This document shows positions 21,350-30,439 of a DNA stretch of 54,451 nt, one piece after another; within the stretch, counting starts at the first letter, position 1; each line of letters begins with the position of its first letter. The DNA is taken from assembly GCA_013697045.1 (NCBI GenBank), contig JACCXJ010000280.1:1-54451 (forward strand). Direction: 5' to 3'. Origin of the DNA: Gammaproteobacteria bacterium. Its GTDB lineage: Bacteria > Pseudomonadota > Gammaproteobacteria > JACCXJ01. A model generated the notes under the pieces. The model was given only the letters and a program-made list of their open reading frames with translations. It was not told the origin of the DNA and did not search any database. Position numbers and translations under genes: made by a program.

Positions 21350-22189
21350 TCACGCCTCCAAGTCCCAAGATCGGCATGGGATGCTCTGGAAACGACCGGT
21401 ATCCAGGTCCAGGGCGGTGAGCTGCCCGCCCCAGCAGCAGCCCGTATCCAGCGGGTAGACCCGGTATTGCGCCATCGCCTCGGGGTCCAACCTCAGGGTC
21501 GACCAATGGCCGAACACGATACTCACCCCGGCGCTCGCGCGTCCCGGGACCTGAAACCAGGGCATCAATCCAGCGGTGCGGCGCGACGGGGGCCCTTTCT
21601 CTTCCAGGGCCAGGGTCCCGTCCGCGCCGCAATAGCGCAGTCGCGTGAGGCAGTTGGTGATGAATCTCAGGCGATCCCAGCCGGCCAAGTGCTCGGACCA
21701 GCGCTTCGGTGCATCGCCATACATGCGCCCCAGGAACTCCCGAAACCCATCCCCGCGCAAGCTGGCCTCGACCTCGGCGGCACAACGACACGCCTCTGCC
21801 ACATCCCACTCGGGTGGGAGGCCGGCATGGACGAGGGCATAGCCCAGCGTCGGATCATGGTGCATCAAGGGCCGGCGTCGCAGCCAGTCGAGCAACTCGT
21901 CACGATCCTTGGCCGCCAGCACCGGCTCCAAGGCACCCGAGCGGTCCTTCCGGGGGGCCTGGCCCTCGGCCACGGCCAGGAGGTGCAGGTCGTGATTGCC
22001 GAGCACGGTCAGTGCGGCCTCACCGAGCTCCTTCACGAAGCGCAACACCTCGAGCGAGCGGGGTCCGCGGTTGACCAGGTCCCCGGTCAACCACAAGCGG
22101 GCATTTCCCGGGTCGAAACCGATGCGGTCCAGCAGGGACCGCAGCTCGTCATAACAACCCTGGACATCACCGATGGCGTAGGTCAGCAC
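21350..22189 (-). CDS. apaH: symmetrical bis(5'-nucleosyl)-tetraphosphatase ApaH
   Basis: The GTG at 22189 gives VLTYAIGDVQGCYDEL, compared with E. coli MATYLIGDVHGCYDEL. Metallophosphatase motifs GDLVNRGP and GNHD. The longer track ORF is an N-terminal over-extension. Confidence 0.9.
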   Translation of the reverse strand: MLTYAIGDVQGCYDELRSLLDRIGFDPGNARLWLTGDLVNRGPRSLEVLRFVKELGEAALTVLGNHDLHLLAVAEGQAPRKDRSGALEPVLAAKDRDELLDWLRRRPLMHHDPTLGYALVHAGLPPEWDVAEACRCAAEVEASLRGDGFREFLGRMYGDAPKRWSEHLAGWDRLRFITNCLTRLRYCGADGTLALEEKGPPSRRTAGLMPWFQVPGRASAGVSIVFGHWSTLRLDPEAMAQYRVYPLDTGCCWGGQLTALDLDTGRFQSIPCRSWDLEA

Positions 22190-22224
22190 GGTGGTTGATC
22201 TAATTATCTCTACCGGCCTGCGCT

Positions 22225-22821
22225 TCAACCGTCCCGGCCGGCAGGGCGTGCGACGCCGGGGCTCGGGCGCCCCGCGGCCGTGTCCGCCGGCTTCTCGAAG
22301 AAGGTGTAGGCCAGGGTCAGGGTAGACACGTCCCGCGGGATCCGCGGAGACACCGAGAAGCGCACCGGTAAGGTGCGTGCCTCGCCGGGCTCGAGGCGCT
22401 GGTCGCTGAAGCAGAAGCACTCGAGCTTGCTCAGGAACCGCGCCGCCGGCCCGGGCGTGACGCTCGGGACGGCCCGCGCGGTGACCGTGCCCGGCGAGCG
22501 GTTGTGCGCGTAAAAACGGACCTCGCGAAGCTCGCCGGGGTGGAGACGGATGCGCGCCGTCAGCGGCCGAAACGCCCACGGCAGCTTGGCCTCGGTCCCA
22601 CCGACGAGCTCCACGGTGACGAAGCGCGAGCGATCGACCTCCCCGCCAGCCGTCACGGCGGCCTCTCTGCCGCTCTTCCCACCGAGCCCGGTCAGCTCGC
22701 AGAAGACCTCGTAGAGCGGGACCAGCGCGTAACCGAAGGCGAACATTCCTAGCGCCGCGCCCGCGAGCCTTGTCGCCAGGCGTCGATTGGCCCGCTCTGT
22801 TTCCGCATCGCGAATAGTCAT
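22225..22821 (-). CDS. ctaG: cytochrome c oxidase assembly protein CtaG/Cox11
   Basis: 198 aa. TM anchor then YEVFCELTGLGG and LECFCFSDQ, the Cox11 copper site. Confidence 0.9.
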   Translation of the reverse strand: MTIRDAETERANRRLATRLAGAALGMFAFGYALVPLYEVFCELTGLGGKSGREAAVTAGGEVDRSRFVTVELVGGTEAKLPWAFRPLTARIRLHPGELREVRFYAHNRSPGTVTARAVPSVTPGPAARFLSKLECFCFSDQRLEPGEARTLPVRFSVSPRIPRDVSTLTLAYTFFEKPADTAAGRPSPGVARPAGRDG

Positions 22822-23030
22822 TTTCTTCCTGATCCCCGGCTAGCGCATGCCTCTAGTGTAGTGCCTCATGTTCCACGTTCCTATCGCAGTCCGTGGCCGG
22901 TTGGCGCCCTGGACCGGAGCAAAAGACAGGGGCGCACCGCCACATCGAGTGGCCATCCGTCCGGCGCGCGGTTGAAGAGCGCGAGGGGCGGCGCTACCAT
23001 CGCCACCGCTCGGCCAGGACCGAGAACACG

Positions 23031-24167
23031 ATGCGTGGCAGAAACAAATCGAACCGCGGGTGTGCCGCATTCGGCGCCGGCCTGGCCTCACTCGGGCCGG
23101 CGGCCGCATGGGCGGAGATGCGGGTGAACCTCCCGGAGGGCGTGACCCCCATCTCGCATGAGGTCTACGACCTTCACATGCTGATCCTCGCGATCTGCGC
23201 CGCCATCGGCGTCCTCTTGTTCGCGGTGATGTTCTATTCAATCTACGCCCACCGCAGATCCAAGGGGGCGGTGGCGGTGCAGTTCCACGAGCACGCGCTG
23301 GTGGAGGTCCTCTGGACCGTGGTGCCGTTCGTGATCCTGGTGGCCATGGCGGTGCCGGCGACCAAGTCCATGATCGCCCTGCACGATACTGGCGAGGCCG
23401 ACGTGACCGTCAAGGTCACGGGCTATCAGTGGAAATGGCAGTACGAGTATCTGGAGGACGGGATCAAGTTCGTGAGCAACCTCAAAACGCCCAGCGAACA
23501 GATCTATGACGGTGCCGCGAAGGGCGAGAACTACCTACTGGAGGTCGACAACCCGCTGGTGCTGCCGGTGAACAAGAAGGTCAGGTTTCTGATCACGGCC
23601 GCGGACGTGCTGCACGCGTGGTGGGTGCCGGAGTTCGGCTGGAAACAGGACGCGACCCCCGGATTCGTCAACGAAGGCTGGGCACGCATCGAAAAACCGG
23701 GGACCTATCGCGGTCAGTGCACCGAGCTGTGCGGGCGCGGGCATGGCTTCATGCCCATCGTCGTCGAGGCCAGGAGCGAAGCGGAGTACGCCGAGTGGGT
23801 CGAGGAACGCAAGCAGGAACGGGCCGCGGCGGAGGCGGCCAGCGCCGAGACCTTCACCATGGAGCAGCTCATGGAGGAAGGGGCCAAGGTCTACAACGCG
23901 AGCTGCGCCGCCTGTCATCAGGCCAAAGGGGAGGGGGTGCCTGGTGCGTTTCCGGCGATCGCGGGCAGCGCCACCGCCAAGGGACCGGTAGGCGCTCATA
24001 TGAACATCGTGCTGAACGGACGGCCCAATACCGCCATGATGCCGTTCGGCGGGCAGTTGGACGATCTGCACATCGCCGCGGTCGTGACCTACGAGCGCAA
24101 TGCCTTCGGGAACGGGGTGGGCGATCGGGTCCAGCCGGCGGACGTCAAGGCCGCCCGCGGGCGTTGA
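23031..24167 (+). CDS. coxB: cytochrome c oxidase subunit II with fused C-terminal cytochrome c domain
   Basis: ATG at 23031. CuA site CTELCGRGHGFM. C-terminal heme motif CAACHQ. Confidence 0.92.
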   Translation: MRGRNKSNRGCAAFGAGLASLGPAAAWAEMRVNLPEGVTPISHEVYDLHMLILAICAAIGVLLFAVMFYSIYAHRRSKGAVAVQFHEHALVEVLWTVVPFVILVAMAVPATKSMIALHDTGEADVTVKVTGYQWKWQYEYLEDGIKFVSNLKTPSEQIYDGAAKGENYLLEVDNPLVLPVNKKVRFLITAADVLHAWWVPEFGWKQDATPGFVNEGWARIEKPGTYRGQCTELCGRGHGFMPIVVEARSEAEYAEWVEERKQERAAAEAASAETFTMEQLMEEGAKVYNASCAACHQAKGEGVPGAFPAIAGSATAKGPVGAHMNIVLNGRPNTAMMPFGGQLDDLHIAAVVTYERNAFGNGVGDRVQPADVKAARGR

Positions 24168-24211
24168 GCAAGCCATTCGGTGATAAAGACATACTCGTGG
24201 GAGGTACCACG

Positions 24212-25801
24212 ATGACTCACGCGACGATGACTCACGCGGCACACGACGAGCACCCGACCTGGCTCAGGCGTTGGGTGTTCACCACCAACCACAAGGACAT
24301 CGGGACCCTGTATCTGGTCTTCGCCGCGCTGATGTTCGTGTTCGCGGGCAGCCAGGCGATGGCCTTTCGACTGGAGCTCTTCGCACCGGGGATCCAGTTC
24401 ATCGACCCCCTGGCCTTCAACCAGTTCGTGACCATCCACGGGCTCGTGATGGTCTTCGGTGCCGTCATGCCGGCCTTCGCGGGGCTCGCCAACTGGCTCA
24501 TCCCCATGATGATCGGCGCGCCCGACATGGCGCTGCCGCGCATCAACAACTGGGGGTTCTGGATCCTGCCCTTCGCCGCGAGCCTGTTGCTGTTGAGCAT
24601 CGTGGTTCCCGGCACGCCGGAGGCCGGCTGGACCATGTACCCGCCGCTCTCCATCGTCGGTAGCTCGGGCAAGGTCCAGCTCGGGGGCGATCTGTTGATC
24701 TTCGCCGTGCACCTCCTGGGGATGTCCTCGATCCTCGGGGCCATCAATATCATCGTCACCATATTGAACATGCGCGCCCCGGGGATGTCGCTCATGAAGC
24801 TCCCGATGTTCTGCTGGGCGTGGCTCATCACCGCCTTCCTGCTCATCGCCGCCATGCCGGTGCTCGCCGGCGGCGTCACCATGCTCCTGACCGACCGCCA
24901 TTTCGGCACCAGCTTCTTCGACGCCGCCGGGGGCGGCGACCCGGTCTTATTCCAGCACATCTTCTGGTTCTTCGGGCACCCGGAGGTGTACATCATCATT
25001 TTGCCGGCCTTCGGGATCATCTCGCACATCGTCCCGGCGTTCTCGAGAAAGCCGCTGTTCGGTTACGCCTCGATGATCTACGCGCTCGTCGGGATCGCAT
25101 TCCTGTCCTTCATCGTGTGGGCCCACCACATGTACACGACCGGGATGCCACTCGCGGGAAACCTCTTTTTCATGTACGCGACGATGCTCATCGCGGTCCC
25201 GACGGGCGTCAAGATCTTTAACTGGGTGAGTACCATGTGGAAAGGCTCGCTGAGCTTCGAGGCGCCCATGCTGTGCGCCCTGGCGTTCATCATGATCTTT
25301 ACCGTCGGTGGCTTCACGGGGATGATGCTGGCCATGGCGCCGGCCGACTACCAGTACCACGACACCTATTTCGTGGTCTCCCACTTCCACTACACCATGG
25401 GGATCAGCGCCATCTATGCCATCGTGGGCGCCATCTATTTCTGGCTGCCGAAGTGGAGCGGGCGCCTATACGACGAACGCCTGGCCAGGATCCAGTTCTG
25501 GATCTCCATCGTGGCGGTCAACGTGACCTTCTTCCCGCAGTTCTTCCTGGGGCTCGCCGGCATGCCGCGGCGGATCCCGGACTATGCGTTGCAGTTCGCC
25601 GACTTCAACATGCTTTCGTCCCTCGGGGCCTGGGTATTCGGCAGCGCCCAGCTCCTGTTCCTCTATATCGTGCTCAAGACGGTGTTCGCCGGCAGGCGTA
25701 CGGCCGAGGCCCGGGTCTGGGACGGTGCCACGGGGCTCGAATGGACCCTGCCCTCGCCGGCCCCCTATCACAGCTTCGCCACCCCGCCCGTGGTCCACTA
25801 G
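24212..25801 (+). CDS. coxA: cytochrome c oxidase subunit I
   Basis: ATG at 24212 with GGGAGG upstream. WVFTTNHKDIGTLYL, GHPEVYIIILP. Confidence 0.95.
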   Translation: MTHATMTHAAHDEHPTWLRRWVFTTNHKDIGTLYLVFAALMFVFAGSQAMAFRLELFAPGIQFIDPLAFNQFVTIHGLVMVFGAVMPAFAGLANWLIPMMIGAPDMALPRINNWGFWILPFAASLLLLSIVVPGTPEAGWTMYPPLSIVGSSGKVQLGGDLLIFAVHLLGMSSILGAINIIVTILNMRAPGMSLMKLPMFCWAWLITAFLLIAAMPVLAGGVTMLLTDRHFGTSFFDAAGGGDPVLFQHIFWFFGHPEVYIIILPAFGIISHIVPAFSRKPLFGYASMIYALVGIAFLSFIVWAHHMYTTGMPLAGNLFFMYATMLIAVPTGVKIFNWVSTMWKGSLSFEAPMLCALAFIMIFTVGGFTGMMLAMAPADYQYHDTYFVVSHFHYTMGISAIYAIVGAIYFWLPKWSGRLYDERLARIQFWISIVAVNVTFFPQFFLGLAGMPRRIPDYALQFADFNMLSSLGAWVFGSAQLLFLYIVLKTVFAGRRTAEARVWDGATGLEWTLPSPAPYHSFATPPVVH

Positions 25802-25814
25802 GGGTAGGGGACTG

Positions 25815-25946
25815 ATGGACACGCCAGGGCCCAGTCGCTCGGACAGAGCGCGGAGGAAGCGAGTCACGAACGGCATACTGGCAGGATTGCTAGGGCTCCT
25901 GGCCGCGCTGTCCTATGCCATATTTATTTGGACGCACCTCTACTAG
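25815..25946 (+). CDS. small single-TM protein in the oxidase cluster (possible oxidase small assembly protein)
   Basis: 43-aa ORF MDTPGPSRSDRARRKRVTNGILAGLLGLLAALSYAIFIWTHLY between coxA and coxC. Basic N-terminus plus one TM helix. Confidence 0.4.
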   Translation: MDTPGPSRSDRARRKRVTNGILAGLLGLLAALSYAIFIWTHLY

Positions 25947-25978
25947 ACCCACCGCACCAGCACCTCGGGAGACCGCCG

Positions 25979-26854
25979 ATGTCCGGACAGCCGCACAGCT
26001 ACTATCTACCCGAACCCAGCCCCTGGCCCTTCATCGGGAGCTTCGGTCTCTTCTTCACGCTGGGGGGCCTGGCCCTCCTCGTCAACGACATCAGCGGGGC
26101 ACCTTACGTCATGGGCTTCGGCTTCGTCGTGCTGCTCGTCATGCTGTTTGGATGGTTCGGTACCGTGATCCGCGAGGGCGAGTCGGGGAGATACAGCGAA
26201 CAGGTCGATAGGAGCTTCCGGTGGGGGATGGCGTGGTTCATCTTCTCCGAAATCATGTTCTTCGCCGGTTTCTTCGGCGTCCTGTTCTATGCCCGCATGT
26301 ATTCGGTACCGTGGCTGGGCGGACTGGGCGAGAAGCTCTCGACCCACACGCTCTTATGGCCCGGGTTCGAAGCCGTCTGGCCACTGCTCACGCTGCCCTC
26401 GGCGGATGGTTATACGGAGGCCCTGGAGCCCATGGGGGCCTGGGGCCTGCCGGCCATCAATACCCTGATCCTGCTCTCCAGCGGGGTGACCGTGACCGCC
26501 GCGCACTGGGGCCTCGTGCACGCCAATCGCCGCCAGCTCATCGTCGGGCTCGCGCTCACGGTGGCTGCGGGGATCCTGTTCGTGGTGTTGCAGGGCGTGG
26601 AATATATCCATGCCTACCGCGAGCTGGGGCTCAAGCTGACCTCGGGGATCTACGGCAGCACCTTCTTCATGCTGACCGGCTTTCACGGCTTCCATGTCAC
26701 GCTCGGCGTAATCATGCTCGCGGTGATCCTGTTTCGCGCCATGGCCGGCCATTTCACACCCGACAGCCACTTCGCCTTCGAGGCTGTCGCGTGGTACTGG
26801 CATTTCGTGGACGTGGTGTGGCTGCTGTTGTTCGTCTTCGTCTACTGGCTCTAG
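25979..26854 (+). CDS. coxC: cytochrome c oxidase subunit III
   Basis: ATG at 25979 (MSGQPHSYYLPEPSPWPFIGS). GFHGFHVTLG, WYWHFVDVVW. Confidence 0.93.
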   Translation: MSGQPHSYYLPEPSPWPFIGSFGLFFTLGGLALLVNDISGAPYVMGFGFVVLLVMLFGWFGTVIREGESGRYSEQVDRSFRWGMAWFIFSEIMFFAGFFGVLFYARMYSVPWLGGLGEKLSTHTLLWPGFEAVWPLLTLPSADGYTEALEPMGAWGLPAINTLILLSSGVTVTAAHWGLVHANRRQLIVGLALTVAAGILFVVLQGVEYIHAYRELGLKLTSGIYGSTFFMLTGFHGFHVTLGVIMLAVILFRAMAGHFTPDSHFAFEAVAWYWHFVDVVWLLLFVFVYWL

Positions 26855-27006
26855 CCGGGATCCTCCCGCGCCTCGAACGGGACATGCCGCGAGAGCCGCG
26901 GGTTGATGGATCTCGACCGACTGCTCAACTTTCTCGCCGAGAGTCGGCGCACGACCGCTCGATGACAAGGTACAGCGCCGCATAGCACGAGCGGATCCAC
27001 GAACCT

Positions 27007-28368
27007 GTGTCTAACATGTGCCGTGTGACCCTCATCGGCGCGGGGCTTGCCGGCTCGCTCCTCGCCATCTATCTGGCGCGGGGCGGCCACCGCGTCACGG
27101 TGTACGAATGGCGCCCCGATCTGCGCCGCGTCGAGGTCCCGGCCGGCCGCTCGATCAACCTCGCGCTGGCCAACCGCGGCATCGCGGCGCTGGCCGCGCT
27201 GGGTCTCATGGACGACGTCGAGAAGCTCCTCATCCCCATGCGCGGGCGCATGCTGCACGACGAGCACGGGCGCCTGGAGCTGCAAGCCTACGGGCAGCGG
27301 CCGCACGAGGTCATCTACTCCGTCTCGCGCCCCATGCTCACGGCCCTGCTCCTCGACGCGGCCGAGGCGACAGGAAGGGTCCGGATCCATTTCGGCAGGC
27401 GCTGCGAGGCAGTCGATCTCGCCAGAGGAACGCTCACCCTGTGCGATGCATCGGGCGGCCGGGAGGACGTCCCCTTCGAGGTCGTGATCGGCTGCGACGG
27501 GGTCAATTCCTCGGTCCGCGAGGCCATCCTCGAGGCCACCTCCGGCGCATGCAGCGAGGAGCCGCTCGCCCACGGCTACAAGGAATTGAGCATTCCCCCG
27601 GCCGCGGGCGGCGGGTTCCGCATGGAACCACATGCGCTCCACGTCTGGCCGCGCGGGGGGTACATGCTCATTGCCTTGCCGAACCTGGACGGGGGCTTTA
27701 CCGTCACCCTGTTCCTGCCCCACGAGGGCCAGGACAGCTTCGCTGCCCTGAGCGATGAGGCGCGGCTCACCGCCTTTTTTGAAGCGCGTTTCCCCAATGT
27801 CTCCGCCCTCATGCCCCATCTCGCTGCCGAGTTCTTCCGGCACCCGACCGGCAGGCTTGGCACCCTCCGCACCCGGCCCTGGCGGGTCCGTGATCGGGCC
27901 CTCCTCCTCGGTGATGCCGCGCACGCCGTCGTGCCCTTCCATGGCCAGGGGATGAACTGCGCCTTCGAAGACTGTAGTGCCCTGGACGCCTGCCTTAAGA
28001 GATGGCCGGACGATTGGGCGCAGGCCTTCGCCGAGTTCGAGACCCTGCGCAAGCCCAACGCCGAGGCCCTCGCCCATCTCTCGATCGAGAACTACCTCGA
28101 GATGCGCAGCACGGTGCGCGATCCCAAATACCAATTGAAGAAGGCCTTGGCGTTCCGGCTCGAAGACCGCCATCCCGAACGCTTCATCCCGCGCTATTCG
28201 ATGGTCATGTTCCACCGCATCCCCTACGCCGAGGCGCAGCGCCGGGGTGTGATCCAGGACCAGATCCTGGAGGTGCTGACGGCGGGCGTCCCCGATCTCG
28301 ACGACGTGGACTACGGTTACGCAGACCGGCTCATCGCTGAGCGGTTGGACGAGATAAACGAGTGCTGA
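27007..28368 (+). CDS. kmo: kynurenine 3-monooxygenase (FAD-dependent)
   Basis: Matches recalled Pseudomonas fluorescens KMO along its length: VTLIGAGLAG, GRSINLALANRG, IPMRGRM, DGVNSSVR, GDAAHAVVPFHGQGMNCAFED, RFIPRYSMV. Start is the GTG at 27007 or the ATG at 27016. Confidence 0.85.
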   Translation: MSNMCRVTLIGAGLAGSLLAIYLARGGHRVTVYEWRPDLRRVEVPAGRSINLALANRGIAALAALGLMDDVEKLLIPMRGRMLHDEHGRLELQAYGQRPHEVIYSVSRPMLTALLLDAAEATGRVRIHFGRRCEAVDLARGTLTLCDASGGREDVPFEVVIGCDGVNSSVREAILEATSGACSEEPLAHGYKELSIPPAAGGGFRMEPHALHVWPRGGYMLIALPNLDGGFTVTLFLPHEGQDSFAALSDEARLTAFFEARFPNVSALMPHLAAEFFRHPTGRLGTLRTRPWRVRDRALLLGDAAHAVVPFHGQGMNCAFEDCSALDACLKRWPDDWAQAFAEFETLRKPNAEALAHLSIENYLEMRSTVRDPKYQLKKALAFRLEDRHPERFIPRYSMVMFHRIPYAEAQRRGVIQDQILEVLTAGVPDLDDVDYGYADRLIAERLDEINEC

Positions 28369-28559
28369 ACGACCGCCACGGGGCGCGAAGTGGAAGGCCC
28401 CCGGACGCCAGGCTGTGACGGGAAACATCGGCACCGGTCGGGGCCGCTCGCCATCCCTCCCGCTGATTCCCTGGATGCTACGATAACCCCCTGCATGTCC
28501 ATCCAAGCCTTCCCGTCTGTCTTACGGAACCTGCCGATGGCCGGGGGACGGGTCGCGTC

Positions 28560-29465
28560 ATGGGCCTGAAGGAGGGGCTCCGGCGTACGCGCGCGCGCTT
28601 CGGCGCCGGGCTCGCGCGCCTCGTCGGTACGGCCGGCGGCGAGGGCGCGGTCGAGGAGATAGAGGACCTCTTGCTCGGGGCCGATGCCGGGGTCGAGGCG
28701 ACCGAACGCATCGTCGCGAACCTGCGGGATCGGCTGAGACGCCGGGAGCTCAACGATCCGGAGCGCCTCCGCGACGCCCTCCGCGCCGAGTTGATCTCGA
28801 TCCTCGAACCGGTCTCGACGCCGCTGGTGATTCCCCGGGGCCGCGACACGCCGTTCGTGATCTTGGTCGTCGGTGTCAACGGGACCGGTAAGACCACCAC
28901 CATCGGCAAGCTCTGCGCCCAGCTGCGCGCCCAGGGCCGGTCGGTGGCCGTCGCGGCCGGCGACACCTTCCGGGCCGCGGCCCTGGCGCAATTGGCGGCC
29001 TGGGGCGAGCGCGCCGGGGTGCCGGTCACGGCCAGCTCCGAAGGCGGCGATCCGGCGGCGGTAGCCTTCGAGGCCCTGGAGAAGGCCCGGGCGCGGGGTA
29101 CCGAGGTCTTGATCGTGGACACCGCGGGCCGGCTGCACACCCAGGCCCACCTCATGGATCAGCTCAGAAAGGTGTGCCGGGTGATCCGCAAGTTCGATCC
29201 GAGCGCCCCCCACGAGGCGATGTTGGTCCTGGACGCCACGACCGGCCAGAATGCCCTGACGCAGGCGACCGAGTTCCATCAGATCGTCGCGCTCACGGGG
29301 ATCACCCTGACCAAGATGGACGGCACGGCCAAGGGCGGGATGGTGTTCGCGCTGGCCGAGCGGCTCGGCACCCCGATCCGCTTCATCGGGATCGGTGAGG
29401 GACTCGAGGACTTGCAGGGATTCGATGCTGCCGGGTTCGTGGATGCCCTGCTCGCGGAACCCTGA
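28560..29465 (+). CDS. ftsY: signal recognition particle receptor FtsY (short form, no acidic A domain)
   Basis: 301 aa. NG domain motifs GVNGTGKTTTIGKL, DTAGRL, TKMDGTAKGG. Confidence 0.93.
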   Translation: MGLKEGLRRTRARFGAGLARLVGTAGGEGAVEEIEDLLLGADAGVEATERIVANLRDRLRRRELNDPERLRDALRAELISILEPVSTPLVIPRGRDTPFVILVVGVNGTGKTTTIGKLCAQLRAQGRSVAVAAGDTFRAAALAQLAAWGERAGVPVTASSEGGDPAAVAFEALEKARARGTEVLIVDTAGRLHTQAHLMDQLRKVCRVIRKFDPSAPHEAMLVLDATTGQNALTQATEFHQIVALTGITLTKMDGTAKGGMVFALAERLGTPIRFIGIGEGLEDLQGFDAAGFVDALLAEP

Positions 29466-29546
29466 GGCTCAATAGGACTCGTAGGATCAGCACTCGTAGG
29501 AGAAGAGTGCTACCATGCCGACCAATCAGTCTTGGGGAAATCAGTG

Positions 29547-30410
29547 ATGATGAACGAATTGCGACCGGCGTTGCCCATCGGCTCTCTGGATGCCTACATT
29601 GAGGCGGTGCACCGTATCCCCATGCTCACGGTCGAGGAGGAACGCGAGCTGGCGGAGCGCTATCGCCGTCACGAGGACCTGGATGCGGCCCGCCGCCTGG
29701 TGCTCGCGCACCTGCGCTTCGTGGTGCGGGTGGCGCGGGGCTACAACGGTTACGGACTTGCCCAGGCCGATCTCATCCAGGAGGGCACGGTGGGTCTCAT
29801 GAAGGCCGTGAAGCGCTTCGACCCCGACGTCGGCGTGCGGCTGGTGTCCTTTGCCGTCCATTGGATCCGCGCCGAGATGCACGAGTTCATTTTACGTAAC
29901 TGGCGCATCGTCAAGGTCGCCACCACCAAGGCCCAGCGCAAGCTTTTCTTCAACCTGCGCTCTGCCAAGAAGCGCCTCGGCTGGCTCTCTGGCGAGGAGG
30001 TCAAGGGGGTGGCGCGAGATCTCGGCGTTAGCCCAAACGCCGTCACCGAGATGGAAGAGCGCTTGAACGCCCGCGACACCTCCTTCGATCCGTTGGATGA
30101 CGAAAGTGGCGCGCCGGCACCCGCCCAGTACCTGGTGGACCTGCGTTACGAGCCCGAAGCGGCGGTGTCGGCGGCCGAGGACCTCGCGCGCCATCGCGAG
30201 GGCGCCGTGCGCAACGCCCTGGCCGGCTTGGACGGGCGCAGCCGCGAGATCGTCGAGAAGCGCTGGCTGGCAGAGCGGAAATCGACCCTGCACGAGCTGG
30301 CGGCCCAGTTTGGCGTGTCGGCGGAACGCATACGCCAGATCGAGCAGAATGCCTTCAAGAAGCTGCGCTCGGCGCTCGAGGGCTTTCCCGGGCTCTTGCC
30401 CTCCGTTTGA
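29547..30410 (+). CDS. rpoH: RNA polymerase sigma-32 factor RpoH
   Basis: RpoH box QRKLFFNLR. Region 2 [18 protein letters not shown]. Region 4 [10 protein letters not shown]. Start is the ATG at 29547/29550. Confidence 0.93.
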   Translation: MMNELRPALPIGSLDAYIEAVHRIPMLTVEEERELAERYRRHEDLDAARRLVLAHLRFVVRVARGYNGYGLAQADLIQEGTVGLMKAVKRFDPDVGVRLVSFAVHWIRAEMHEFILRNWRIVKVATTKAQRKLFFNLRSAKKRLGWLSGEEVKGVARDLGVSPNAVTEMEERLNARDTSFDPLDDESGAPAPAQYLVDLRYEPEAAVSAAEDLARHREGAVRNALAGLDGRSREIVEKRWLAERKSTLHELAAQFGVSAERIRQIEQNAFKKLRSALEGFPGLLPSV

Positions 30411-30439
30411 GACGGATCATCCCGGCCGCTGATTTCCCA

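Noticed and set aside
22893-24211. Long N-terminal extensions of coxB (from 22893) and coxA (from 23618) in the ORF track
   Set aside because: The extensions are Arg/Gly-rich, and the coxA extension overlaps coxB in another frame. Internal ATGs at 23031 and 24212 match orthologue N-termini, and the coxA start has a GGGAGG SD.
26851-28506. 551-aa ORF on the minus strand
   Set aside because: It is entirely antisense to the well-supported kmo gene. It is Arg/Gly/Pro/Ala-rich with no recognisable motif, which is typical of a shadow ORF in GC-rich DNA.
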